Below, one piece after another: positions 11,956 to 24,700 of a DNA stretch of 64,000 bases (positions are counted from its first letter, which is position 1; every line of letters begins with the position of its first letter). Origin of the DNA: Mustelus asterias (Eukaryota); assembly GCF_964213995.1 (NCBI RefSeq), contig NW_027590120.1, positions 434,001-498,000 of the forward strand. The letters are read 5' to 3'. The position numbers and the translations under genes are program-made. The notes under the pieces are model-generated. The model made no database searches, had not been told where the DNA came from, and worked only from the letters and a program-made list of their open reading frames with translations.

Positions 11956-13632
11956 AGATGTTGACGGTGCTCCCACTGCAGTCCTGTGATGAAAATATAG
12001 ACTGGTTGGTGAAATGTAGATAACAGGTAGAATTGATATCTAATGAGGACTTTATACTTTAGAATTGAATACAGGGCTCATTGTTACTAACGGGGAAAGA
12101 AGGGTTAAAACCCTTACCCAGAACCCTTTTCACACACACGTGGACATCTCTCAATCTGACACACACCAAATGGAACGTTACACAAGGGGCTGGAATTCAC
12201 TGGAATTTCTTAACAACCTTTCAATAGAAATGTCCTGGTACCGACTGTGACAAAGGACACAACAGACAGCAAGAACCAGGAGGAACCTTTAACACAGAGA
12301 ATGTTAATAACCTTGTTCAGGACACCGGTGCCAGGCACAGGAGGATCCCAGGAAAAACGGAACATTTAATTTCTGTCTGTTTCACAATTCTAAATGACTG
12401 ATTCTTTAACAAAGGAATGTTTAAAAACAGCATTGTGATATTCCAAGGTCAGTGTGTCTGGGAAAGGGGCACACTGATGTGTTTTTATTTTAAACAGGAG
12501 GATCCATTGAAAAGCAGCTCTGGACGATACGAGCACCTCCTGACCTACTTTCAATTCATTTCAAATCACCCATCACTTTCCGTGGAATATTCTTTATTCT
12601 TTCCTGGGATGTGGACACTGCTGGCAAAGCCCCAGCACACGTTGCTCAGCTCCTAATTGCCCTTGAACAGAGTGACTTGCTCGACCATTTCAGAGGGACA
12701 GTTAAGATTCACCCACATCGCTGTGTGGGTCTGGATTCACATGTAGGCCAGACCGGGTAAGGATGGCAGATTTCCTTCCCTAATAGGGAGCATTAATAGG
12801 GTGAACCGGGCAGGTTTTTACAACAATCGATGATAGTTTCATGGTCACCGTTACTGAGACTAACTTTATATAATTCCAGATTGATTCACTGAATTCAAAT
12901 CCCACCAGCTGCCTGTCCCCGGATCCTTTGCTGGGTCTCTGCATTACTCGGCCAATGACACTCCCACTGTGAACCAGCTGTGGGAGTGGGAGCTGTGAAC
13001 CAGCTGTGGGAGCGGGAGCTGTGAACCAGCTGTGGGACTAGAAGCCTTGAGGATCATGAGGGACCAGGGCTGTTCCAAATGTTTAAATCCCTCAGCAAGA
13101 AGGCAGTGAAGCTCAGGCTTGGACTGAGGAGTTCCACAGTTTTGAGACCTTGAAGGAAAGTTGGAGGGTTGTTCAGTCAAAAGTTAATGAAAAGACCCCC
13201 ATGAAATCTTGGAAAATAGCTGGAATACTGAGGAGAATTAAAGTGAATTCTGGGGAGCTTTAACGTACCTTCCATATGTTCACAGGAACAGAACTGAATG
13301 AACCTTCAAGATATCGTTTAGAAGGGAAATCTTGGGGGTAGAAGTTAAAAAGTAGAACTGAGTTTATAATGTAGTCTTTCTAAACTACAGTGTTCTGTTT
13401 GTCGTATTGGTTTTTAATTTTCTTTTGTTTTTCATATCCAATAAAGTTTGTTTTTGTTTACATGCATAGAATTTTGTGGCGTACTTCTTTGTTACTCACT
13501 GGGTGTTCAAATTTCTCTCTCAACAGTCCCAACCAGGATCATAACAATATGCAATAACAATAATTCAAAACAAATCAAAGATCAAAATATCAAATGTCCC
13601 TTATTTTGTGTGGCTTAACCAGCTCTGCCTTC

Positions 13633-14935
13633 AGACCCTTTATTTAGACCATTTAGAAAGATGCGGATTAATCCGGGATAGTCAGCACGGATTCGTGAAG
13701 AGCAAGTCGTGCCTCACACATTTGATTGAATTTTTTGAGGAGGTAACTAAGTGTGTTGATGAAGGTAGAGCAGTTGATGTCATATACATGGATTTTAGTA
13801 AGGCGTTTGATAAGATCCCCCACGGTCGGCTTATGATGAAAGTGAGGAGGTGTGAGATAGAGGGAAAGTTGGCCGATTGGATAGGTAACTGGCTGTCTAA
13901 TCGAAGAAAGAGGGTGGTGGTGGATGGAAAATTTTCGGATTGGAGGCAGGTTGCTAGCGGAGTGCCACAGGGATCAGTGCTTGGTCCTCTGCTCTTTGTG
14001 ATTTTTATTAATGACTTAGAGGAGGGGTTTGAAGGGTGGATCAGTAAATTTGGTGATGACACCAAGATTGGTGGAGTAGTGGATGAGGTGGAGGGCTGTT
14101 GTCGGCTGCAAAGAGACATAGATAGGATGCAAAGCTGGGCTTAAAAATGGCAAATGGAGTTTAACCCTGATAAATGTGAGGTGATTCATTTTGGTAGGAC
14201 TAATTTAACTGTGGATTACAGGGTCAAAGGTAGGGTTCTGAAGACTGTGGAGGAACAGAGAGATCTTGGGGTCCATATCCACAGATCTCTAAAGGTTGCC
14301 ACTCAAGTGCTGTGAAGAAGGCCTATAGTGTGTTAGCTTTTATTAACAGGGGGTTGGAGTTTAAGAGCCGTGGGGTTATGCTGCAACTGTACAGGACCTT
14401 GGTGAGACCACATTTGGAATATTGTGTGCAGTTCTGGTCACCTCACTATAAGAAGGATGTGGAAGCGCTGGAAAGAGTGCAGAGGAGATTTACCAGGATG
14501 CTGCCTGGTTTGGAGGGTAGGTCTTATGAGGAAAGGTTGAGGGAGCTAGGCCTGTTCTCTCTGGAGCGGAGGAGGCTGAGGGGAGACTAAATAGAGGTTT
14601 ATAAAATGATGAAGGGGATAGAGTGAATGTTGAAAGACAATTTCCTCGGGTGGATGGAGCTATTACAAGGGGGCATAACTATAGGGTTCGTGGTGGGAGA
14701 TATAGGAAGGATATCAGAGGTAGGTTCTTTACGCAGAGAGTGGTTGGGGTGTGGAATGGACTGCCTGCAGTGATAGTGGAGTCAGACACTTTAGGAACAT
14801 TTAAGCGGTTATTGGATAGGCACATGGAGCACACCAGGATGATAGGGAGTGGGATAGCTTGATCTTGGTTTCAGATAAAGCTCGGCACAACATCGTGGGC
14901 CGAAGGGCCTGTTCTGTGCTGTACTGTTCTATGCT
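13633..14935 (+). mobile_element. CR1 LINE 3' part (young subfamily, near-identical to the copy at 63300-64000)
   Basis: RT ORFs 13608-14144, 14312-14590 and 14623-14862, ending RHMEHTRMIGSGIA. Confidence 0.93.
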
Positions 14936-15139
14936 GAATATTCTGTTTTGTGGAACGCTACATCACAGATGGAAACCATTTGGCACATCCTGCCCAGTCG
15001 GGCTGTCTTTAAGATCTGAATAATTAATCCCACAGCCCTGCTGGCAGAGTGAGAACAATATCTATATACTGCAGCAACGCAGGAGGTGAATGGAAAATGT
15101 TTTCCAGTTGCATACCTCTCAGAGACACTCACCCCTTGA

Positions 15140-15478
15140 AAGATAAATTGGCTTTATGTCACACTATCAGTAACCCCCACAGCTTGCCTCCTGGACTTGC
15201 TGAATCTCACTGGTTGTCCTGTCTGCAGATAATACACATCTCTTTAACCTGTGCTTAATGCTCCCTCCACTCACATTGTCTGTATCTTTAAGACCTGGTT
15301 GGCTGTTGAGATTCACATTCTAATCAGTATTCTGTAAATTGATTTTGTGTCTCTGTGCCCTGTTTGGGAGCAGATTTCCACTCCAACTGATGAAGGAGCA
15401 GCGCTCTGAAAGCTAATGGCATTTGCTACCAAATAAACCTGTTGGACTTTAACCTGGTGTTGTGAAAACTCTCACTGT
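15140..15478 (+). mobile_element. Penelope-like element terminal repeat with a degenerate minimal hammerhead ribozyme motif
   Basis: CTGATGA-aggagcagcgctct-GAAA-gcta at 15387-15415, followed by aaataaacctgttggactttaacctggtgttgtg. The same tail recurs at 21449-21488 (minus). Confidence 0.6.
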
Positions 15479-16356
15479 CCTTCAATTGTAACAGAATATG
15501 TGGCTGTATGTAGCTGCCTCGGCCATGGTCAACCCCAACACTGCCTTCTTAAACTGCTACAATGCCTCAGGTGTAAGTACACCCATAAGGAGGGATTTCC
15601 AGCTACACATTCCAGATTTTCACTAACTATAGGTGGATAGCAGATTGATATATTCCATTCAACCACACCCCCCCCAAGGTGAGTTATTCCAATTCCTTTA
15701 TTGTCCAGGACAAGATATTTACAATATCGTTAAAACTGAAATTCAACAATCCCATTTGATTTCAGGTGTTAACATATTCTGTTAGTTTGTTCTTTATTGT
15801 CAATGTCAGGCTGGGGTTGTTCCTCTTGGAGCAAAGGAGGTTGAGGGGAGATTTGATAGAGGTGGACAAGATTCTGACAGGTTTAGATAAGGTGGACAAA
15901 GAAAAGCTGTTCCCATTCGCTGATGGAACAAGGACGAGGGGCGTCACCGATTTATGGTTTTGGGTCAGAGATGCAGGGGAGGGATGTGAGGAAGAAAATT
16001 TTGATGCAGCGAATGGTAATGACCTGGAACTCGCTGCCTACGAGGGAGGAGGAAGTGGAGACAATAAACAATTACAAAGGAAATTGGATGGGCATTTGAG
16101 GGGGTTTCAAACAGAAATAGTGACTCTGAACTTCCTAACACCCTGTCACTCTGTGATCCGGGTGAAATTTGAAACCAGGTATTCGCAACAAGTCTCAAAG
16201 AGCATCAGCTCACTGGAGGCAAAGTCATGAGACCGGCCAGTCCAGCAGAAAGAAACCCTCCGACCCTCCCCATTGACCAACTGTGAGAATGAACAAAATG
16301 CAGTCCTGGCTGTAATTGAGAGCAGAAACAATAACAGCAGAATCCAACCCCTCGAA

Positions 16357-17199
16357 TCACTTGTGAACTCGCTGGTGTCTCCGCAGGTGGGATGAAAGAC
16401 TGAATCTCTTCTCACACACAGAGCAGGTGAACGGCCTCTCCCCAGTGTGAACTCGCTGGTGTATCCGCAGACTGGATGAATCACAGAATCCCTTCCCACA
16501 CTGAGGGCAGGTGAACGGCCTCTCCCCAGTGTGAACACGATGGTGTTTGTGCAGGTGGGATGACTGAGTGAATCCCTTCCCACACTGAGAGCAGGTGAAT
16601 GGCCTCTCCCCAGTGTGGACTCGCTGGTGTTTCTGCAGGTCATGTGACCGAGTGAACCCCTTCCCACACTGAGAGCAGGTGAATGGCCTCTCCCCAGAAT
16701 GAATGTGCTCATGTGTCCGCAGGTCGGAAGGCCGAGTGAATCCCTTCCCACACTGAGAGCAGGTGAACGGCCTCTCCCCAGTGTGAACCCACTTGTGTGC
16801 CCGCAGGTTGGATGAACAAGCGAATCCCTTCCCACACTGAGGGCAGGTGAATGGCCTCTCCCCAGTGTGAACTCGCTGATGTGTGCGCAGGCTGGATAAA
16901 TAACTGAATCCCTCCCCACACTGAGAACACGTGAACGGTCTCTCCCCAGTGTGAACTCGCTGGTGTGTCTGCAGGCTGGATGACTGAGTGAATCCCTCCC
17001 CACACTGAGAGCAGGTGAATGGTCTCTCCCCAGTGTGAACTCGCTGGTGTGTCTGCAGGCTGGATGACTGAGTGAATCCCTCCCCACACTGAGAGCAGGT
17101 GAATGGTCTCTCCCCAGTGTGGCTGCGCCGATGAGCTTCCAGCTCTGATGGGGCTCTGGATCTCTTCCCACAGTCCCCACATTTCCATGGTTTCTCCAT
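16357..17199 (-). CDS. C2H2 zinc-finger protein 3 (10 fingers, no KRAB)
   Basis: ORF 16357-17235 with likely ATG at 17199 ([10 protein letters not shown]). Fingers 2 and 3 have identical amino-acid sequence. Decayed fingers upstream to ~17450. Confidence 0.92.
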   Translation of the reverse strand: MEKPWKCGDCGKRSRAPSELEAHRRSHTGERPFTCSQCGEGFTQSSSLQTHQRVHTGERPFTCSQCGEGFTQSSSLQTHQRVHTGERPFTCSQCGEGFSYLSSLRTHQRVHTGERPFTCPQCGKGFACSSNLRAHKWVHTGERPFTCSQCGKGFTRPSDLRTHEHIHSGERPFTCSQCGKGFTRSHDLQKHQRVHTGERPFTCSQCGKGFTQSSHLHKHHRVHTGERPFTCPQCGKGFCDSSSLRIHQRVHTGERPFTCSVCEKRFSLSSHLRRHQRVHK

Positions 17200-18225
17200 G
17201 GTGCAGGTGTCCTTGCCTCTCCCTTGGGTGGACAATCAGTTGAAGCCTTGTCCACACACAGGACACTGGTACAGTCTCTCCCCGCTGTGAATGGTGTGAT
17301 ATTTATTCAGGCTGTGTAACTGGTTAAAGCTCTTTAGTCAGTGCACTGGAACACTCTCACTCGAGTGTGGCAGTGTGTTGGTGCTTTTCCTGTCACACTG
17401 ACATTTGAAATCTTTTCAAATCAACAGACTGGACAATCATTTCTCCTTCCAGATTCAAAGGCCGATGATATTCAGCTCCCAAGGAATATGACTCTGTCAG
17501 ATCTAGATGTGACGTTTGAGATTTCAGTCTGTGATTCCTCTTTCAATATCCTGTAAAACAAGTTTATAAAAGTCATCAGTGTCAGTACAGGATAGAAATT
17601 CAGAACAGACAATTCCAGTTTCTATGGAACATTCTTTCCTATTTCAGTCCCAAAAAGCTGTAAATCTCCATCCCACACACTCTCCCTCCATTCTCACTCT
17701 GCTGTATCTAATATTCACCCTCCCAATTCTCCTGAAGGTGCTGATTGAGGCTGATTAACAGATCCATGCTCACTGCTTCCTGTCCTGGATACAGAGACCA
17801 TTACAAATAGGAGCTGCAGTCGGCCATTTGGCCCATCGAGCCTTTTAAACTATTCAATGAGATAATTTGTTCATCTACCTCAGCATCATTCTCCCCACAC
17901 TAAACCCATATCCCTTGATATCTTCAATATCTAGAAACCAATCAATCTCTCTCTTGAAAATAGTTGATGACTGAGGCTTCACTGTCCTCAGGGGTTGAGA
18001 ATTCCAAAGCTTCACCAGATCCTTGAGTGAAGAAATCCCCTCACACGGGACGAAGAAAAGAAATAATAGCTGAGGAATGGAAAATTGAGAGAAATCTTTC
18101 GAGCCTTAATCACACTGTGTCCGTGCTGTATCAAAAAAAGAAGAGATATCAACGTTTTCCCATTTTGGAGCTCTTGATCTACAAGAAACGAAGATACAGA
18201 TAAAACAACTGATTTGGATTCCAAA

Positions 18226-18360
18226 NNNNNNNNNNNNNNNNNNNNNNNNNNNNNNNNNNNNNNNNNNNNNNNNNNNNNNNNNNNNNNNNNNNNNNNNNNN
18301 NNNNNNNNNNNNNNNNNNNNNNNNNNNNNNNNNNNNNNNNNNNNNNNNNNNNNNNNNNNN
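18226..18360. other. Assembly gap
   Basis: Run of N. Confidence 1.
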
Positions 18361-19139
18361 GTCTATCTCATACGCCCACACACAGATATATATGGACAGG
18401 CACACTTATAAACACAGAGACACTCACTCACACAGAGCAGAACAGACCAAAAAAAACAGAATTTTTCACAAGCACCCACAAATTAACAAAAAGACCATCA
18501 CAGACACAAACAAAAAGAGGAACCAAGTTCGCATATCAGGAAGTAGTCCTAAATCTTGATAAAATATACTATGTGTTTCAGCTGGTGTAGTATGCTAATT
18601 GCTGGACCCCACACTTTGGGAAGCACATGAACACTTCCTTTAAGGCACAGAGATTTACTGGAATGGTCCCCAGGATAAGATCGAACAGTTTCTCAGAGGG
18701 GCTGGTGAAAGTTGGGATATTTACCTCCGAACAGAGGTTTAATGGAGCAGTTTAAAATCATGACATGTAAATCAAGTCCTAAAATCTCCAACAAGAGGAG
18801 GTAGTTGCTCTTTATCAATCCTCTCCATTGCCATTAAGGTTTGATTGAAACTATATATGATATCATTCCTTCACTCTAACACCAGGGATTCAGTGTAAAG
18901 CTTCACCTCCACTGCAGATCCAAAAGTCCAAAGCCTGCTGGGAGTGGATTTATTTACAGTTTAAAATTCCCTCCGCTCTATCCTAGTGTCGTTTGAGATT
19001 TTTAATATGGAAATCAACCTCAAGATTCACAGCTCATCAGTGTGGGATTTTAAATCTGATTTTTCTTCTCCCCTCACTTATCTTTTGCACTTTTGCAGTC
19101 ACTCACGGTCTGGTTTTGCACTCCAAAGAAGTGTTCCGC

Positions 19140-19990
19140 GGTGGTTGAATTATCCAATGCTGGAGATGGAGACTCTGCCACAGCTTTCTTCGGTGGTGGG
19201 CAGGTGGGACACTCTGGATAATGTGCTCTCTTTCTGATGTTGATGTTTTGCCACCATGTGCTGTGCCCAGTGATGCTCGAGATGATTCACGGATGTTTCT
19301 TCTCCATTTTGGTCATTCTACGGCAAGCAATTCCCAAGTGTCGATTCGGATGCTGTATTAATTTAGGGAGGCTTTCCGAGTGTCCCTATTCCTCTCCCCT
19401 CGAGTGATCGCTTACCTATACAGAGCTCGGTGCAGAGCACATGTTTTGGGAGATTTGAGTATGGCATGCGATTATGTGCCTTGTCGGTCACAGCTGGTCG
19501 AGTGTGACCAGTGCCTCGATATTGGGGATATTTGCATGGGAGAGGACACTCACATTCGTACGTCTATCCTCCCTGTTGCTCGAATTTGCAAAGGCAATAT
19601 TGGTGATATCTCCAAATGGATTTGAGATGTCTGCAGTACATAACCCATGTTTCTCATGATTACAGCATGGTGGGGACCACGAGCCTAGTGCTGGGTTTGA
19701 GATTTCCGTGTTTGAACATTCTGTTTCAGGCGTCCAAAGACTGCACTGGCACACTGGGGTCGATGCTGAATTTCATCGCCAATTTCTGTTCCTGCCGAGA
19801 GGAGGCACCTGACTTATTGGAAATGATCCACGTTGTCCAAGGACTCCCCTTGGATCCTGATGGCTTGGAGGGTAGCTTTGTGTTGCAGGGGAGCACTGGT
19901 AGAGAACTTTTTAATTTTTACTGTTTAGTCCGACGCCCATCCTGTCATATGCCTTGCTGAATGTGTCCACAAATGCACTGCCTGTTGATC
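19140..19990 (-). mobile_element. Degraded RTE-clade LINE fragment
   Basis: Peptides such as DRRTNVSVLSHANIPNIEALVTLDQL (ORF 19488-19754) resemble the RTE ORF C-terminus. Confidence 0.65.
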
Positions 19991-20637
19991 GAATCGTTTG
20001 AGCTTTTAGTGGTGGAGTATTGACAAATGGGGTAACTTAATCAATCTCTTTGCACATGAGAAGTATCTAAATGGTGTCTGTCTGGTGAAAAGTAGTTGAG
20101 ACCTGCTCATATCGGACATTATCTTCTTGAATGGCGGGTCAGGCGTGAGGGACCAACAGATTTCTCATATAGCAAACCTGCCATCCCAGGAATCAGCCTG
20201 GTAAACCTTCGCTCTACTCCCTCTATACCAAGGATATCCTTCCTCAAATAGTAAAGCTCTGATTTCAATCAGTCAATATTTCTTCTCCACAAATATAAAA
20301 TGGGACAATTCTGAAGCTGCATTTGATAATTGATCACTTTTAAAATGTGTCGCCTGACAGAAAGGCACCTGATCCATATCTTTTCTAAGTACAGCTTAAC
20401 GAAGTTATTCACCTGGGGTAATCTGCAAATTTGTTCGAATTTGATCGGAGAATGATTGGATTTGATCCGGGAATAATATGACCGCCAAATGTGACATTTC
20501 ACAATACTGATAATGGATGAGCTCTGCGGGGAATATCGTTCAGCTGGGGCTGTATTGTCCCCTTCCCTTTCTGTGCATTTTCGATGAGATCCGACTCTCT
20601 TTTCCTGACACAGAACACTTGATTATCGACCTGCACT

Positions 20638-20676
20638 AGTTTTTGTATGAGGCCCATGGGAGGCTCATGCACTGTG
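20638..20676 (-). other. 23-bp-spacer recombination signal sequence (CACAGTG-23-ACAAAAACT)
   Basis: cactgtg at 20670-20676, spacer 20647-20669 (23 nt) and agtttttgt at 20638-20646, immediately 3' of the YYCALRP codons. Confidence 0.95.
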
Positions 20677-20986
20677 GGTCTCAGTGCACAGTAATACACG
20701 GCGCTGTCTGGCATCTTCAAATCTTTCATTGACAAGTGAAAAGTGCTTTGTTTCTGGTTGAGGTTCCCGCTGAAATGTTCAAAGCCGGGAGCCGTCTCGT
20801 TAAACCCATAACTATCGGCTCTGAGCAGATACCGAGGAGCTCGATGTGTATACTGGCGATACCAGAACAGGTAATGTTGTACAGCTGAACTCGGTACCGA
20901 GTAACTGCAGGGTGTTGCTGAATCTTCACCCTCTGCTGCTTCAACTCCTGGTTCTGACTGGGACACTGAGTCTCCGTTACTCACGT
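20677..20986 (-). pseudogene. T-cell receptor alpha/delta-type V exon (open frame; leader and intron disrupted)
   Basis: DSVSQ...CSY...LFWYRQ...DSAVYYCALRP Ig V-set pattern, acceptor gcag at 20987-20990 and a 23-RSS. Confidence 0.88.
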
Positions 20987-20988
20987 CT

Positions 20989-21292
20989 GCCTTTGGCTAA
21001 GATCAAGTGTAGTATGGATCGCCTGCACTTGGTTGAGGTCATTAGGTTACGCTGAGGCTTCATATGTTTCATATGAAGCAATTTTTAAAAGCGGCATCTC
21101 GGCCTTTTGGCTAAGATGCAAATGAGCTCAAGTCTTGGAGGAGGAACCTCCCCCTTCTCCAATCAGCTTGACTCATGTAGATCAGGCCCAGGACAGGGGG
21201 GTTTTGGTCTCCCGTCCTGTCTTGTCAGCCTGGATCTGAAATGTCTCAACTTGTTGAGACTCTGAATTGGATTTGATTTGATTGAATTGGAA
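20989..21292 (+). mobile_element. U2 snRNA-headed SINE-like element, copy 1 (5'-truncated), antisense in the V intron
   Basis: U2 nt ~12-39 at 20989-21015 and a second U2 piece (nt 7-27) at 21097-21117. Aligns along its length with 28331-28649. Confidence 0.85.
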
Positions 21293-21432
21293 AAGTATAA
21301 AAAAAAAGAAAATATACAGCGGATACAAAGCGGGTTAGGAGACAGAGGAAGACAATAGTCACACAGAGCTGGGAAACGGAAATTGCACAAGGGTTGAAAT
21401 ATACTTTACAATATAAGATCAGAATCACTGAC

Positions 21433-21450
21433 CTGGGATCAGAGCAATAG
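21433..21450 (-). pseudogene. Probable 3' remnant of the TCR V leader exon (…IALIP-D) with donor GTCAGT
   Basis: ATT GCT CTG ATC CCA G|gtcagt joins in phase 1 to AC GTG AGT AAC GGA GAC of the V exon. The 5' part is replaced by a Penelope tail. Confidence 0.55.
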
Positions 21451-21777
21451 TAAGAAGTCTCACAACACCAGGTTAAAGTCCAACAGGTTTTTTTTTATTT
21501 CAAAAATATACTTTATTCACACAAAAAAAACTCTCCAATAAAACATTGCAAAATTACAGATCCAAAAGTCATAAACAGTGTAAAAAAGAATCATTTTTAC
21601 AGTACAATACCGTGCTCATTTACAAAAACATTACATTCCGTTACATTTCATTTCTTAAAACTATATACATGTGTCAGAGTTTACTGTGTGCCGTTGTTTT
21701 TCAGGTTGGCACACAGTTATGCAGGCCGAGAGTATTCTGCAGTTACCCGGCCCTCGGTCTGCCTCGGTTGAGACGCT

Positions 21778-24700
21778 TTACACGGTGGCCTTTCCCCATT
21801 GTGCCTTGGCGGCGGCTGCCCCAAGCTTGAGCGCGTCCCTGAGCACGTAGTCCTGGACCTTGGAATGTGCCAGTCTGCAACACTCGGTCGAGGACAATTC
21901 TTTCAGCTGGAAGATCAGCAAGTTTCGGGCGGACCAAAGTGCGTCCTTCACCGAGTTGATGACCCTCCAGCAGTAGTTGATATTTGTCTCGGTACGCGTC
22001 CCCGGAAACAGCCCGTAGAGCACAGAGTCCTGCGTCACCGAGCTGCTCGGGACGAACCGCGACAAATACCACTGCATCTCGTTCCAGACCTTCTTTGCAA
22101 AGGCACATTCCACAAGGAGGTGTGCGACCGTCTCATCAGCCCCGCAGCCGCTTCGAGGGCAGCGTGCGGTGAGGTTGAGACCCCGGGCATGCATAAAGGA
22201 TCTGACGGGGAGTGCCCTTCTCACCACCAGCCAAGCCAGGTCTTGGTGCTTGTTTGTGAGTTCTGGTGATGAGGCATTCTGCCAAATGACATTGACAGTC
22301 CGCTCAGGGAACCATCCGACAGGATCTGCCGTCTCCTTTTCTCTCAGGGCCTCAAGGACATTACGTGCTGACCACTGCTTGATAGCCATGTGGTCAAAGG
22401 TGTGTTTCCGGAAGAATTTCTCCACGAAGGACAGGTGCTGCGGTACGGTCCAACTACTTGGAGCGTTCCGCGGCAATGTGGCCAGACCCATCCTCCGCAA
22501 CACTTGGGACAGGTAGAACCTCAAAAAATAGTGGCACTTGCTGTTACTGTACCGAGGATCTACACACAGCTTGATGCAGCCGCACACAAAGGTGGCCATC
22601 AGGATGAGGGCGGCGTTGGGAACGTTTTTCCCTCCGTTCTCTGGAGATTTGTGCATCGCCTCCCTCCGGACACGATCCATCTTTGATCTCCAGATGAACT
22701 TGAAGATGGCCCGGGTCACTGCTGCTGCGCAGGACTTGGGGAGAGGCCACACCTGCGCCACGTACAACAACACGGACAGAACCTCGCATCGGATCACAAG
22801 GTTCTTCCCAGTAATGGAGAGGGAGCGTTGCTCCCACAATCCCAATTTTTGTTTGGCTTTGGCGATGCGCTCCTCCCAGTTTTTGGCGCATGCCCCTGCC
22901 GCTCCGAACCATATCCCCAGCACCTTGAGGTAGTCTACCCTAATGGTGAAAGGGACAAAGGATGTGTCAGGCCAGTTCCCAAAGAACATGGCCTCACTCT
23001 TACCCTGGTTGACTTTGGCTCCCGAGGCCAGCTCGAACTGCTCACAGACTCGAAGAAGCCTGCGAACAGACGAGGGGTCCGAGCAGAAAACAGCCACGTC
23101 ATCCATGTAGAGGGAGGCTTTGACTTGCGTCCCTCCGCTGCCTGGGATTGTAACCCCTTTGATGCCTGAGTCGCTTCTGAGGGCCTCGGCAAAGGGTTCA
23201 ATGCAACACACAAAAAGGACGGAGGAGAGAGGGCAGCCCTGCCTGACTCCAGACCTGATTTGAAACATATCTGATTCTCACCCATTGATTGAAACTGCGC
23301 TACTGATGTCTGTGTAGAGCAGTTGGATCCAATTGCAGATTCCCTCCCCAAATCCCATTTTGGACAGCACATCCATCATGTAGCTGTGCGATATTCTGTC
23401 AAACGCCTTCTCCTGGTCTAGACTGATGAGGCAGGTGTCCACCCGCCTGTCCTGCACGTAGGCGATCGTATCCCTGAGTAGCGCAAGGCTATCAGAGATC
23501 TTCCTGCCGGGTACAGCACAGGTTTGATCAGGATGGATTACTGACCCCAGAGCAGACTTGACCCGGTTGGCGATGACCTTGGCCAGAATCTTGTAATCCA
23601 CATTCAATAGTGAAATAGGTCTCCAATTTCTAATTTCTTCCCTTTCCCCCTTCTGCTTGTAGATGAGAGTAATGATGCCTTTCCTCATGGATTCTGACAT
23701 GCTGCCTTCCAGAAGCATACTCTCGTATACTTCCAGGAGGTCCGGGCCCGTCAAGTCCCACAACGCCGAGTAAAACTCAGCCGGTAAGCCGTCGCTACCG
23801 GGAGTTTTACCCTTCTGAAGGGACTCGACGGCCTTTGTCAGCTCATCCAGAGCTACCGGTCTGTCCAGGCTCTCCCGCTCGCCGTCGTCCATGACTTGCG
23901 TGATGGACGACAGGAAAGACTGGGAGGCCGTGCTGTCTGTTGGCTTCAGGTCATACAGTCCGGCATAGAAGGATTTGCAGATCCTCAGAATGTCAGACTG
24001 CGATGACCCTACAGAGCCATCTTCTTCCTTCAGGCTTGTGATCACAGAGGATTCTCTGTGCACCTTCTGGAAGAAGAAGCGCGAGCACGTTTCGTCCTGC
24101 TCCACGAAGTGGACCCAGGACCGGAAGATAACCTTGGAGGCCTCCGAGACAAAGAGCGAGGCTTGCTGGCTCTTCACCACCCGGAGGTCCTCCTTGACAT
24201 CCACCCCCATCGACTGCAGTTGGAGTAGCTCCTGCATGCTTTTCTGGAGTCGGGACATTTCCCCCCGTCTCTCCCTGGCCTTCTGAACCCCTTTTCGGAT
24301 GAAGAACCTCTTGATGTTGCCCTTGATGGTTTCCCACCAGAGCGATGGAGACTCAAAGAAGGGTTTCACGGTCCTCCAACCGTGGTAAACCCTCTTGAGT
24401 TCCTCGAGGTTCTCTGGGGTCAACAGTTCTACATTAAGCTTCCAGGACCCCCTGCCCACTTTCTGGTTTTGCTCCAGCTGACAGTCTGCCAGCAGGAGGC
24501 AGTGGTCAGAGAAGAACACCGGCTTGACGTCGGTGGACCTGACCGTGAGCGTGCGGGATGCAAACATGAAGTCGATCCTGGAGCGGACAGACCCGTCTGG
24601 CCGCGACCACGTGTATCTACGCTGCCCTCCGTCTGCTGGATTGCTGAAGACGTCGAGCAGCCTGGCATCTTTGACTGTTTCCAGCAGGGCTCTGGACGTA

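Noticed and set aside
11986-13546. Possible solo LTR (TG...ATAACA) interrupted by a SINE
   Set aside because: No second LTR or convincing TSD seen; cannot be supported without a search.
16146-17266. Overlapping 369-aa and 185-aa ORFs
   Set aside because: Alternative frames of the 84-bp zinc-finger repeat.
21291-21310. AAAGTATA shared between the SINE copy 1 end and the Tx1 3' end as evidence of a common tail
   Set aside because: Absent from copy 2, and likely the V intron polypyrimidine tract read on the other strand.
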